The translations under genes and the position numbers were made by a program. Under the pieces are notes generated by a model. The model saw nothing but the letters and a program-made list of their open reading frames with translations. It was not told where the DNA came from and ran no database searches. This document shows, piece by piece, positions 17,594 through 25,691 of a DNA stretch of 33,079 nt. Numbering within the stretch: the stretch's first letter is position 1; the number at the start of each line of letters is the position of its first letter. The stretch is from a virus (lineage: Duplodnaviria; Heunggongvirae; Uroviricota; Caudoviricetes), in IMG/VR virus record IMGVR_UViG_2698536401_000003. The stretch is one strand, 5' to 3'.

Positions 17594-17777
17594 GTCTGTA
17601 ACAACCGAACTGATAATCTGCCAGACCCGCCATAACAAGCTGGGTCAGTATTAACTGGCAGCGTTCGCGTGAAAGGTAAGTATTCTGCGCAATTTCCCCG
17701 ACGGTCGCCGGTTCGGTGACGCTTAATTCATTAAACACCACTCTGGCGGTTTCGGTCATATCCTGCTGTTTTAGCAT
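17580..17777 (-). CDS. Hypothetical small protein (65 aa), possible winged-helix DNA-binding fold
   Basis: ORF 17580..17870 trimmed to the ATG at 17777 (MLKQQDMTETARVV...) with a purine-rich SD; flanked by its own terminator. Confidence 0.45.
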   Translation of the reverse strand: MLKQQDMTETARVVFNELSVTEPATVGEIAQNTYLSRERCQLILTQLVMAGLADYQFGCYRRLPQ

Positions 17778-17898
17778 GTCTTTTTTCCTTTTCCGGTTAA
17801 CGTGACATACCAATAACTCTTGTCCAAAAAGCCAGCAAGCTGAAAGACCAGTATTAATAACCACCAGCACATTTAACGCACTGCGCTACTTTGCGGGC

Positions 17899-17924
17899 AC
17901 AAAAAACCCGCTCAGAGGCGGGTT
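17899..17924 (-). terminator. Rho-independent terminator downstream of the CPBP protease gene
   Basis: Minus strand: AACCCGCC-tctga-GCGGGTT stem followed by TTTTTTGTG. Confidence 0.55.
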
Positions 17925-18063
17925 CAGGCTATGAGGTGAAATAACCACTCTTAAAAGCATACATGATTTTTTACGTACGTAAATGCTTTGCCGTGCATAT
18001 TTCTCATGCAAATGTCACATCCTGTTATTTTTCAGTGTTATAAATTTAAAGCCATAGAAAAAA

Positions 18064-18888
18064 TCAATTATGTTTTAAGAATGGATAGGTAAAGAATAAC
18101 AAGTGACACAGATTCAGACCAAAATGGAAAAGGGTTGCCACCCACAAGCGCCCACTCCACATCCATGACAATCCATACACAACACCAGATAACGTAGCAA
18201 ATAATACAAGTAAAGCACCACCTGAATAGTGATAAAAACCAAACAACAAAGACGCCACAATTAACGCAATCAATGGAGACGTTACTTCTGATAGCCGTGA
18301 TTGAATATACCCTCTAAATAATGATTCCTCTGCCAGAGACACAAAAAACAAATTAGCCAATATAAACTCTGGCAACCACTCAGGAAAATGAATCTCTGGT
18401 TTTAACCCACCAAAAAAAACAGCCAAAAACAGGATAAGAGGAACAGAGAGCAACAGAGCCCCCCATTTCCACAAAGACACTTCTGATTTCACTTCTTTTT
18501 TAAACAAAGAAGCTGTACACAGGACTAACAAAAATGGCACCAGCGCTTTATCAAAATTAAAATACATTGTATAGGGAGTGCTTTGAGGTCCGACAGTAAC
18601 AGACTTTAGCACTACAGGATTGTGAAACCCTGGCCATAAATGGAAAGATAATGCTATGGCTGATAAAACTATGCCAGCTTCATATATGGATTTAGCCCAG
18701 GCGTTATATTTCCAGTTGAACTTCAAAATAATAAAAAAAACGATTGTAGAAACAAAAAACAACACAGGCCAATCAATAATATCATTAAGCATAGCCAGGA
18801 CAACAGACACCGTCAACAATGAAAAAGCCACTACCTTATGCCAACTGAGAGTTGACAGTGCCAGTGCTAACACAATCCACATAAACAC
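18064..18888 (-). CDS. CPBP-family intramembrane metalloprotease (CAAX protease/Abi family)
   Basis: 274 aa polytopic membrane protein with the three CPBP signature motifs: EESLFRGY (EExxxR), FGFYHYSG (FxxxH) and HFGLNLCH (HxxxN). Sits in a markedly AT-rich block with its own terminator. Confidence 0.8.
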   Translation of the reverse strand: MFMWIVLALALSTLSWHKVVAFSLLTVSVVLAMLNDIIDWPVLFFVSTIVFFIILKFNWKYNAWAKSIYEAGIVLSAIALSFHLWPGFHNPVVLKSVTVGPQSTPYTMYFNFDKALVPFLLVLCTASLFKKEVKSEVSLWKWGALLLSVPLILFLAVFFGGLKPEIHFPEWLPEFILANLFFVSLAEESLFRGYIQSRLSEVTSPLIALIVASLLFGFYHYSGGALLVLFATLSGVVYGLSWMWSGRLWVATLFHFGLNLCHLLFFTYPFLKHN

Positions 18889-19034
18889 TCCTTTTATTTA
18901 ATGATGAAGCTTGATTATCAATATTTTCAATTCACCTGGCAACATTTTGTTTACTTTCCATAAAATTCACGACCACAAAAAATAAACACATTGATTATAA
19001 ACACAGAAAACATAACCATAGTCACTATATATCC

Positions 19035-19409
19035 CTACCGCATATCCATATCTAACCTAACATTCAGAGCCATAAGCATTCCTTCAATAATACCTTCCGC
19101 TTTATAAAGTCTTTTACCAATAAGCCCATCAGAACATCTATGCTTACGTGCAAGAGCCATAAATGTCATTCCACCTACGTAATAATCCACCAACAAATCG
19201 TGCAAATACTGATTATTCTTGTTTAATCGTGCCATACAGCCACAAATTATCATGGCGTCATCATCAGAACACTGAGGACGTGATTTCACTTTAGTCGGGA
19301 TTAATCCTTTAAAACCAGCAGCTATCGAGGGCCATGTTACATCTTCATGATTATTTGCTGCCCATGCTCCCCACCGCTCCATAACCAGCTGAATATCACG
19401 CAACATCAT
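19035..19409 (-). CDS. Small phage antitermination protein Q-like (family assignment from memory)
   Basis: 124 aa; motifs [27 protein letters not shown] and [14 protein letters not shown] recalled from E. coli prophage proteins annotated as antitermination protein Q; located directly after rusA, the usual Q position. Confidence 0.55.
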   Translation of the reverse strand: MMLRDIQLVMERWGAWAANNHEDVTWPSIAAGFKGLIPTKVKSRPQCSDDDAMIICGCMARLNKNNQYLHDLLVDYYVGGMTFMALARKHRCSDGLIGKRLYKAEGIIEGMLMALNVRLDMDMR

Positions 19410-19773
19410 TACATCCTCTTATTACGAATATATTCACACCCAGTCGCCCACCGCAAACAGGCAGACCACGCACTATATTGATTTCATCAAACTGCTCGTC
19501 GTCGATAATCAACCCGGCATGTGTGAGCGCATCCAGCGGCGCTTTCAGGATATTGTCCAGGTCGCGGCGGCGCTTATCCGGTGGCTCTGCAATAATCTTT
19601 ATCGCCAGCCTTCCGGACAGATTTAATTTCAGTCGCTGCTGGCGAACAATAAGCGCCACATCCCGGCGATAACGCTCCCCTGCTTTTGATACAAAATATG
19701 TGCTGCCACGACGACGCCAGTAGGTATTCACCGTCGGAAGGTAAGGCAAAACAAATTCTATGCGTTCAGTCAT
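19396..19773 (-). CDS. rusA: Holliday junction resolvase RusA
   Basis: 125 aa; [30 protein letters not shown] matches the RusA catalytic region (DRRRRDLDN...DD); typical nin-region position upstream of Q. Confidence 0.85.
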   Translation of the reverse strand: MTERIEFVLPYLPTVNTYWRRRGSTYFVSKAGERYRRDVALIVRQQRLKLNLSGRLAIKIIAEPPDKRRRDLDNILKAPLDALTHAGLIIDDEQFDEINIVRGLPVCGGRLGVNIFVIRGCNDVA

Positions 19774-20832
19774 TTATGATTTCCACTTCAGGACGCCCGA
19801 ATTTTTCGCGTGCATTAAAAAACGAATCAGCAACAACAGCTGGCTGCCGTGTTTTTCTTCAAAATCTTTTACCCCGGCGTGTAGTTCGTTATGGCATTTA
19901 CGGCACAGCGGAATAACAAACAAATCGTCAACCTTTGTTCCCATCCCTCCCAGTCCATGACCAATGATGTGATGCGGATCATCTGCCTGATTGCCACACG
20001 TCATGCATTTCTGCGTTTTTACCCAGCGCGTGTATACGGGCATCTCTTCCCGTTGTGGTTTCTGGCGCTGGAGATACTGAGCCGGAGACTCCGGATCAAC
20101 AGTGATGCTTACCACCGTCTTTTCCTGTGGCGGGTTCTGTTGCTGGTGAGAGTAAGACGGCGGCACTATATTTTTTGTGCGCTGTTTCAGTATGCTGGTG
20201 GCGGTCTGTTCTCCCGGTACGATGTCGCTTTCGCGGTACACTGAGCGGATGTTTTCACCCGGAAGTTTCAGGATTCGACGCGCCATATTTTCGGTCATGG
20301 CATCCACCACATTATTTACAACAGCCCAGCAGTACAGTTCAGCCAGTGATAATTCACGCCCCTGCGTGCCATTCATTGCGTGACGGATGACGTCAATCAT
20401 CCAGGCTGCCAGATTTTGTTGAGCAAGCAGCTCCAGCGATTCTGATGTCTGGTCACGAAGCTGGTTGTCGCAGTGCCAGCACAACACCATCGCGCCGGTA
20501 CCGTAACGGTGTATGACGGTTTCACTGTGATGGTAATCACCATGAGGCCACTGGCAGGATTTAACATTGCGCAACAACCAGTCAGACAATGCACCAGTAC
20601 CACCAGCAGCACGAATCACCCGCTCATCGCTGAAAAATGGCAGTAATGATTTATCTTCCGCCAGCGGCTGGCGAACAGCAGGAACAACTCCGGACGGCAG
20701 ACCGCGCATGCTTTTCGGTTCCGGTTCCACCAGCACCCGAGGATTATGAAATACCCGCATGGATTCACGGCCCGGTTTTAGCACCACCAGCCCAAGTTCC
20801 GGCACCGGAACAGGTCGAAGTAATACCCGCAC
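19774..20832 (-). CDS. Cys/His-rich prophage protein (DUF968-like, recalled) with C-terminal HNH-like motif
   Basis: 352 aa; C-terminal KCMTCGNQADDPHHIIGHGLGG...PLCRKCHNELH; position between the nin genes and rusA. The true start may be internal. Confidence 0.55.
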   Translation of the reverse strand: MRVLLRPVPVPELGLVVLKPGRESMRVFHNPRVLVEPEPKSMRGLPSGVVPAVRQPLAEDKSLLPFFSDERVIRAAGGTGALSDWLLRNVKSCQWPHGDYHHSETVIHRYGTGAMVLCWHCDNQLRDQTSESLELLAQQNLAAWMIDVIRHAMNGTQGRELSLAELYCWAVVNNVVDAMTENMARRILKLPGENIRSVYRESDIVPGEQTATSILKQRTKNIVPPSYSHQQQNPPQEKTVVSITVDPESPAQYLQRQKPQREEMPVYTRWVKTQKCMTCGNQADDPHHIIGHGLGGMGTKVDDLFVIPLCRKCHNELHAGVKDFEEKHGSQLLLLIRFLMHAKNSGVLKWKS

Positions 20833-20833
20833 G

Positions 20834-21112
20834 TTACCTCCAGATGCGTTGCTGGTATGTGCGGGATGGACGCGGTGGACGTTCGGAATAAGGGAGCCTG
20901 ACAGAGATTATCCAGTGACGATAATCGAGGCTGAGGGCTTTCTTAACCTCGTATCCGCACCTGCCGTAACACTGAATCAGCCATTCGGCCTGTTCTTCAG
21001 TGCATGGGGGATGCTGGTACCAGTCAGATTTGAATACATGAGAACGCCGCCCGTGCCTGCTGGCAAGAGCGGCTGAATTATCAGAATTGTGTAATTTGGT
21101 CTTGTGCGCCAT
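20834..21112 (-). CDS. Hypothetical phage protein (93 aa, Cys-containing)
   Basis: ORF 20834..21193 trimmed to the internal ATG at 21112 because the first 80 nt of the ORF overlap a terminator hairpin; start uncertain. Confidence 0.45.
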   Translation of the reverse strand: MAHKTKLHNSDNSAALASRHGRRSHVFKSDWYQHPPCTEEQAEWLIQCYGRCGYEVKKALSLDYRHWIISVRLPYSERPPRPSRTYQQRIWR

Positions 21113-21184
21113 CTGTTTTCTCTGCTGGCGCAGCAGGTGCCAGTTGTTCAGGCTGGCGTGCAGATTGTAAACCAGAATGCCCGG

Positions 21185-21216
21185 AAAAAACAAAACCCGC
21201 CGAAGCGGGTTTTCAT
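21185..21216. terminator. Bidirectional rho-independent terminator downstream of the Doc-family toxin gene
   Basis: AAACCCGC-cgaa-GCGGGTTT hairpin flanked by an A-run and TTTTC; the same core recurs at about 22041-22058. Confidence 0.6.
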
Positions 21217-21227
21217 TGGAAGCGCCT

Positions 21228-21713
21228 TTAGTTTTGCTGTTCTATTTTAAGCTTGATAGTTTCATACAAAACAATAGTTGCGCCTGTTTTACATAATTCC
21301 CGGCTGTCATACGCGCGAGACCAATAACACAACCAGTTCTCGAGATCTTCTCGAGTATAGGTTTTGCAGGCCAGTCCCTCCGCCATTTCCACGATTTCAT
21401 CGCCTGGTGCTGTTAACTCATAGCCATTCAACAACAAGAAGACGCAACCAGCCATCATAGCTGTTCGTTTGTTCGCATTAGCAAACGGATGATTCTGAAT
21501 CAGACTTTCAATCAATACCGATGCCAGTACAAACATGTCATTAGTCTGTTCATACCATCGAACCATGCTGGGACGGGCCTGAGAAGAACTTAAGTTATCT
21601 GGACTCAGAACACCAACGGGCTCATCTGGCGTCTGTAATTCAATTAGGGAACGATTGATTTCAACAAGATCATCAACCGTAAGGTAATGCACTCCTTCAA
21701 CAATCTCAGCCAT
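21228..21713 (-). CDS. Doc (death-on-curing) family toxin, Fic/Doc superfamily
   Basis: Doc-type motif HPFANANKRTA (HxFx(D/N)(A/G)NKR); 161 aa from the ATG at 21713; a small ORF ends 18 nt upstream. Confidence 0.8.
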   Translation of the reverse strand: MAEIVEGVHYLTVDDLVEINRSLIELQTPDEPVGVLSPDNLSSSQARPSMVRWYEQTNDMFVLASVLIESLIQNHPFANANKRTAMMAGCVFLLLNGYELTAPGDEIVEMAEGLACKTYTREDLENWLCYWSRAYDSRELCKTGATIVLYETIKLKIEQQN

Positions 21714-21731
21714 AGAGCACAATACCCATCA

Positions 21732-21959
21732 TTACACTTTTGAAAGTTCTTCCATGGCTTTCTCATAACGAGAAAAACCGAAATCAAAAGCATTTTTCAC
21801 TTGTTCACGATGTGCGCAGTTTTCATCAATCGCTGGGCGAGGGACTGCCACAACGCTTTTATCGCGAGGCGGAATACTCAACCGCGTGTGTTTTTTGAGT
21901 GGGCAGCTCATACTAATGAGTCCTTTTGTTTTCCGATTATTGGCAAAGCCATGCACCAA
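21732..21959 (-). CDS. Candidate antitoxin for the Doc-family toxin (small upstream ORF)
   Basis: Small ORF immediately upstream on the same strand in the canonical antitoxin position. The start is ambiguous (TTG at 21959, GTG at 21956, ATG at 21911). No recognised Phd similarity. Confidence 0.45.
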   Translation of the reverse strand: MVHGFANNRKTKGLISMSCPLKKHTRLSIPPRDKSVVAVPRPAIDENCAHREQVKNAFDFGFSRYEKAMEELSKV

Positions 21960-22033
21960 ATTTGATGCAAAATAGATCTGTTTGAGATCCTTAGGATAGT
22001 CTAATGGTAGCTAAAATTACAACCTCATAATGC

Positions 22034-22058
22034 GACGAAAAACCCGCCGAAGCGGGTT
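22034..22058 (-). terminator. Rho-independent terminator downstream of hok
   Basis: Minus strand: AACCCGC-ttcg-GCGGGTT stem followed by TTTTCG. Confidence 0.5.
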
Positions 22059-22126
22059 AAGTGCGGGTGCGTTGAGGATGCCTGACACATCAGAGGTGGC
22101 GAGGGATTTCTCCCCCGCCAGGTCTC

Positions 22127-22282
22127 TTACTCCTCAGATTCGTAAGCTGTGAAGACAGCGACCTCCGTCTGGCCGGTTCGGATTCGTACCTCGCAGAGGT
22201 CTTTCCTCGTTACCAGTGCCGTCACTATGACGGTTAAACAGATGACGATCAGGGCGATTAACATCGCCTTTTGCTGCTTCAT
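22127..22282 (-). CDS. hok: Hok family type I toxin (host-killing membrane peptide)
   Basis: 51 aa MKQQKAMLIALIVICLTVIVTALVTRKDLCEVRIRTGQTEVAVFTAYESEE, near-identical to the chromosomal HokD/RelF-type Hok peptide as recalled. Confidence 0.9.
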   Translation of the reverse strand: MKQQKAMLIALIVICLTVIVTALVTRKDLCEVRIRTGQTEVAVFTAYESEE

Positions 22283-22339
22283 AGCCTGCTTCTCCTTGCC
22301 TTTCGGCACGTAAGAGGCTAACCTACGTTTGTGTAGCAT
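22127..22339 (-). CDS. mok: Mok (modulator of killing) overlapping reading frame, in-frame N-terminal extension of hok
   Basis: 70-aa ORF starting 19 codons upstream of hok in the same frame, as in mokC/hokC-type loci. Confidence 0.65.
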   Translation of the reverse strand: MLHKRRLASYVPKGKEKQAMKQQKAMLIALIVICLTVIVTALVTRKDLCEVRIRTGQTEVAVFTAYESEE

Positions 22340-22400
22340 AGATTGGGCCTCAGATTAATGTTAAGCGTCTTGCCGGACGCGTAATGTTAACTGGGGCTTT
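22300..22400 (+). ncRNA. sok: Putative Sok antisense RNA region (approximate)
   Basis: Inferred from hok/mok locus architecture, where the antitoxin RNA is antisense to the mok start region. Candidate -35/-10 TTGCCT-17 bp-TAACCT on the plus strand near 22294-22322. The boundaries are not determined. Confidence 0.3.
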
Positions 22401-22620
22401 TCTCTGTCTGCCTTACAGTGGCATGCCCGAGGCAGACAGCCTCAAGCACCCGCAACAATCTTACCGACACCGATAAGAAAACGCTATTTTTTATTGCCAG
22501 AACCTTCTGCCCAGGCTAATGTATCCGCGTCAGAACGGCGCAATGCGCTCGCCTGAGATACGTTTACTTGTCATTGGTGGCAACAGATAACGGCAATTGT
22601 TGTTTCTGTTTGTTTCCTTC

Positions 22621-22655
22621 AAAAACCCCGGACCGTCAATCCGGGGTTTTTGTTT
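22621..22655. terminator. Bidirectional rho-independent terminator
   Basis: AAAACCCCGGA-ccgtcaa-TCCGGGGTTTT hairpin followed by TTTTTGTTTGTT on the plus strand. Confidence 0.6.
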
Positions 22656-22736
22656 GTTATCCCCAGCGGCAAATCGAATACACCACCAGCGCCACCGCCA
22701 TTGCGATTCCTGCCGTTGTAAATGCCTCAGGCCAGG

Positions 22737-23603
22737 TCATCGTAAAACATCCTCCACACCAACCAGTCCGTTCTGCTTCAGATATTCCATCGCCTTATCA
22801 GGTAGATTGCTTGATTTATTGACGCTTTTTAACGAACTGGCTAATCGCTTAACCAACATTGTTAATTCGTTAACCTGTTTTCCGGATGCTTGTGGATTGT
22901 CAGTTTTACCAGAAGTGGCGGTACAGTCGGCGTTCCCACTCTTCTCCTCCTGCGACGGTTTTGCTGCAATCTGACTGGCATGTTTGTTAATGGTAACGAT
23001 CAGCTCTTGCTCAGCCTCATCAAGACAATCACTGATACCTCGCCTGTCACCGTCAAAATCATCGAAATCGGCGCGAACCCTGGCAAACTTCAGGATTGCA
23101 GACAACACCTCACCAGGAATTACCGGAGAGTTGGTTGACGTTTCCGAGATTTTCCGAAAATTATTGGTTGACGAATCCTTGTTTTCCCGAAAGCTTCCTG
23201 ACTGAAGCATGGCTTCGCGGCAATCGTTCCATCCTTCAGCATAATCACTATACGCAAGAGGCCAACCTCTTATGTATTCACGCGGCAACTTATCAGGCAC
23301 TACCAGCGCTGGCGATGCTGCATAAAGTGGTGTTATTTCTGCCCGAAAGTCACCTACTTTATGCAGTCGCACCCACCGTTTGGCTTCTGCTTTGTCAGAA
23401 TACATAGCGGTGAACGTATTATATTCATGGTCAATTTGCGTGAAGGTTGCCTTCCACGCCACCGGCTCAGCTTCCAGCGATGCCAGTGCAATTTTGAATA
23501 ACTCACCCTCTATCCGTGCCATCCCTGAATTGGGGTGACATTTCGTAATCGCTATTTTTAATTTGGCCTCTTCGATTAATTGTTCTTTGGTTAATTCAGC
23601 CAT
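22737..23603 (-). CDS. Hypothetical prophage protein (288 aa)
   Basis: Long ORF in the nin-region gene string; no motif I recognise. Confidence 0.65.
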   Translation of the reverse strand: MAELTKEQLIEEAKLKIAITKCHPNSGMARIEGELFKIALASLEAEPVAWKATFTQIDHEYNTFTAMYSDKAEAKRWVRLHKVGDFRAEITPLYAASPALVVPDKLPREYIRGWPLAYSDYAEGWNDCREAMLQSGSFRENKDSSTNNFRKISETSTNSPVIPGEVLSAILKFARVRADFDDFDGDRRGISDCLDEAEQELIVTINKHASQIAAKPSQEEKSGNADCTATSGKTDNPQASGKQVNELTMLVKRLASSLKSVNKSSNLPDKAMEYLKQNGLVGVEDVLR

Positions 23604-23734
23604 TTTTCATTACCGCCCTTTCGGGCGGCCTCCTGATGTTTTGAGGGTGCAGAAATCCCTCCGGTTAAGGATTTAATAAAATTCACTTCTGATTTAAATT
23701 TTTCAGTGTTTTGTTGTCAGGTGGTTTATCGCCT

Positions 23735-24046
23735 TTATGCTTCAGCCTTATTTCTCAGCCATACACAAACAGGACCATCTTCAGTGTCATGAATGGAACC
23801 AATGAACCAGCCTTCACCTTCCGGGCGCTCCGGTTTCCAGGAGGCAATATCGGGACCATCTGCGTCCAGATTAAAATCATCTTCATCCATAGTTCTGATG
23901 GTCCATTGAAGATTATTTTCCTCCATCCATGCGTTAAACTCTTCCGTTGAAATATGTTCTCTACCATCACAGAAATTTTCATATTCAGGATGCGTCCAGC
24001 AGCCATATGCATCACGTTCTACCGGCATTTCTTTGATTTCGTTCAT
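23735..24046 (-). CDS. Hypothetical acidic prophage protein (103 aa)
   Basis: ORF in the same minus-strand gene string; acidic and Trp-rich. Confidence 0.55.
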   Translation of the reverse strand: MNEIKEMPVERDAYGCWTHPEYENFCDGREHISTEEFNAWMEENNLQWTIRTMDEDDFNLDADGPDIASWKPERPEGEGWFIGSIHDTEDGPVCVWLRNKAEA

Positions 24047-24059
24047 AACATTAACTCCA

Positions 24060-24242
24060 TTAAAATAATGAAAAACAAATTAACCACACCACTACAACCG
24101 ATGCTATTAACACCCTGATTGCAAACAGTGGACTGATATGTCGAAAAGGATTTTCCCAGATAATAAAAGCCGCTGCCAGAAATGCACTGATCAGGAATAC
24201 AATAACAAACAGCTCAATTTTGATTATCCAGAACATATTCAC
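24060..24242 (-). CDS. Hypothetical small membrane protein (60 aa)
   Basis: Two hydrophobic segments; end overlaps the start of the upstream gene. Confidence 0.4.
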   Translation of the reverse strand: MNMFWIIKIELFVIVFLISAFLAAAFIIWENPFRHISPLFAIRVLIASVVVVWLICFSLF

Positions 24243-24535
24243 TGCATCGCCTTCTGTAAAATAACCGCATGCCCCAGCTTCTCCGCCAGTGCCAGTTCTG
24301 CCTTAGCACCTGCCGACCGCTGCCAGCCATTCAGCATATAAATCGCATCCACGCAACGTATCATCGCCATGCAGATATCCATGTACTGCAACTGAGTCAG
24401 GCCGTCCGGAAGTACTGCCGGATTTAAGACTGTGTGCCCCTCCCGTTTCAGTTCCTCTTCTGCCTTGTGGAACGCCTCACGGTTGAAATTTTTATACCCG
24501 GTCATAGGACCGGCGATATAAACCCTCACCCTCAC
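24239..24535 (-). CDS. DUF4406-like protein (nucleoside 2-deoxyribosyltransferase-like fold; recalled)
   Basis: N-terminal VYIAGPMTG motif characteristic of the family; 98 aa; nin-region position. Confidence 0.6.
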   Translation of the reverse strand: MRVRVYIAGPMTGYKNFNREAFHKAEEELKREGHTVLNPAVLPDGLTQLQYMDICMAMIRCVDAIYMLNGWQRSAGAKAELALAEKLGHAVILQKAMQ

Positions 24536-24924
24536 TCCATCACCTCCTGAAAATTACCCCGATAGAACGCCAGTACACGTTGCATTGATTCGCTGTTACG
24601 GCATTCCCGGCAAATTATGTTCATGTCTCTGTCGTAGCGACGGATTTCACCATCAGGTAACTTCCGGACCAGTGCCGGGTCAGCTTTCTTCGGAGTTTTA
24701 CACCACGCCTGATACGCCTGTTCTGATACAAAAACACCGTGTTTACCGGATATGTACAAATCACCACAAGCAACCACATCCACAAGACAACGTCTGACCG
24801 TATGCCAACCCGCCCCCGTTGCCCTCTCCAGTTGCGACATCGTCATGCGTTTGTTCCTGTGTATCAGCCCGATAATTCGTGCCTTCAGTTCTTCCCGCTG
24901 TTCGGGTGTAAAAACGCTTGCCAT
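24532..24924 (-). CDS. Hypothetical HTH/winged-helix protein (130 aa)
   Basis: Predicted HTH MTMSQLERATGAGWHTVRRCL; downstream of the DnaC-like gene. Confidence 0.55.
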   Translation of the reverse strand: MASVFTPEQREELKARIIGLIHRNKRMTMSQLERATGAGWHTVRRCLVDVVACGDLYISGKHGVFVSEQAYQAWCKTPKKADPALVRKLPDGEIRRYDRDMNIICRECRNSESMQRVLAFYRGNFQEVME

Positions 24925-24938
24925 GAGTCCTCCTGAAA

Positions 24939-25685
24939 TTACTTCACAACCCTTAAATGACTGACATTTGAACGCCAGCTATCCCAGTTAAAATTCACCC
25001 AGCGACCACCGTTCATGGTCATGCGGTCCATCACGCGCTCGCCAAGCAGCGTATTCATTGCCGTATGGTTCAGGTTCGTCAGCATCCCGACGCTGTGCAT
25101 CGAGGCTGTTCTGCGATCGACTATCTGGTTCAGTGTGACCTGTTCGTTACGCGTATCCCGCTGCATACCAATTTCATCCAGGACAAGCAGGTCAACTTCA
25201 CACAACCCCTGCAAAAATTTTTCGCCCGAGTTTTTGTTGTCGTAGTTGCCGTGTAACGCCAGCATCACATCCGCCACCGTCACCACAATCACGCTGCGAC
25301 CTTTCGCCAGAAGATGGTTGCCAATGGCTGCTGCCAGATGATTCTTTCCGGTACCCGGCTTACCGCTGAACACGAAATTTGTGCATCCGGTCATCATTTC
25401 TTCCGCGATGGATTTTGCCTGGCTCAGCGCGTGGCGTTGGCCATCGTTCTTCACCTGGTAATTCGCAAACGAACACTTCTGGTGCAACAGTTGGATACCG
25501 GAACGCTTCATAATTTTCTCCACCCGGATCTGGCGATTCTGGCGGTTAATTTCCTCACTACGCTTTCGCCCTTCTGCAAGCTGCCACTCTCGCCACTCGT
25601 CCACTGTCCGGTACGGCGCGGTTACATGCTGCGGGGCCAGCTTACGGATACGCTCAAGAACACCACCTGCCGCAATATTTTTCAT
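24939..25685 (-). CDS. DnaC-like replicative helicase loader (IstB-like AAA+ ATPase; YdaV-like)
   Basis: Walker A GKPGTGKNHLAAAIG and Walker B DLLVLDEIG; 248 aa; immediately downstream of the O-like initiator gene. Confidence 0.85.
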   Translation of the reverse strand: MKNIAAGGVLERIRKLAPQHVTAPYRTVDEWREWQLAEGRKRSEEINRQNRQIRVEKIMKRSGIQLLHQKCSFANYQVKNDGQRHALSQAKSIAEEMMTGCTNFVFSGKPGTGKNHLAAAIGNHLLAKGRSVIVVTVADVMLALHGNYDNKNSGEKFLQGLCEVDLLVLDEIGMQRDTRNEQVTLNQIVDRRTASMHSVGMLTNLNHTAMNTLLGERVMDRMTMNGGRWVNFNWDSWRSNVSHLRVVK

Positions 25686-25691
25686 AACCCG

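Noticed and set aside
17414-17638. Minus-strand 74-aa ORF
   Set aside because: Overlaps the 3' end of the small 65-aa gene, a terminator hairpin and the MTase start; no SD; more likely an untranslated intergenic region.
15614-19034. Shiga toxin or other known toxin cargo between the Q-like gene and the lysis cassette
   Set aside because: The genes in this slot are a CPBP protease, a small protein, a DNA methyltransferase and a tRNA; no stxA/stxB-like ORFs are present.
20127-20390. Plus-strand ORFs 19891..20244, 20127..20390 and 20177..20383
   Set aside because: Antisense to the 352-aa Cys/His-rich protein gene in the conserved rusA/Q neighbourhood; no SD.
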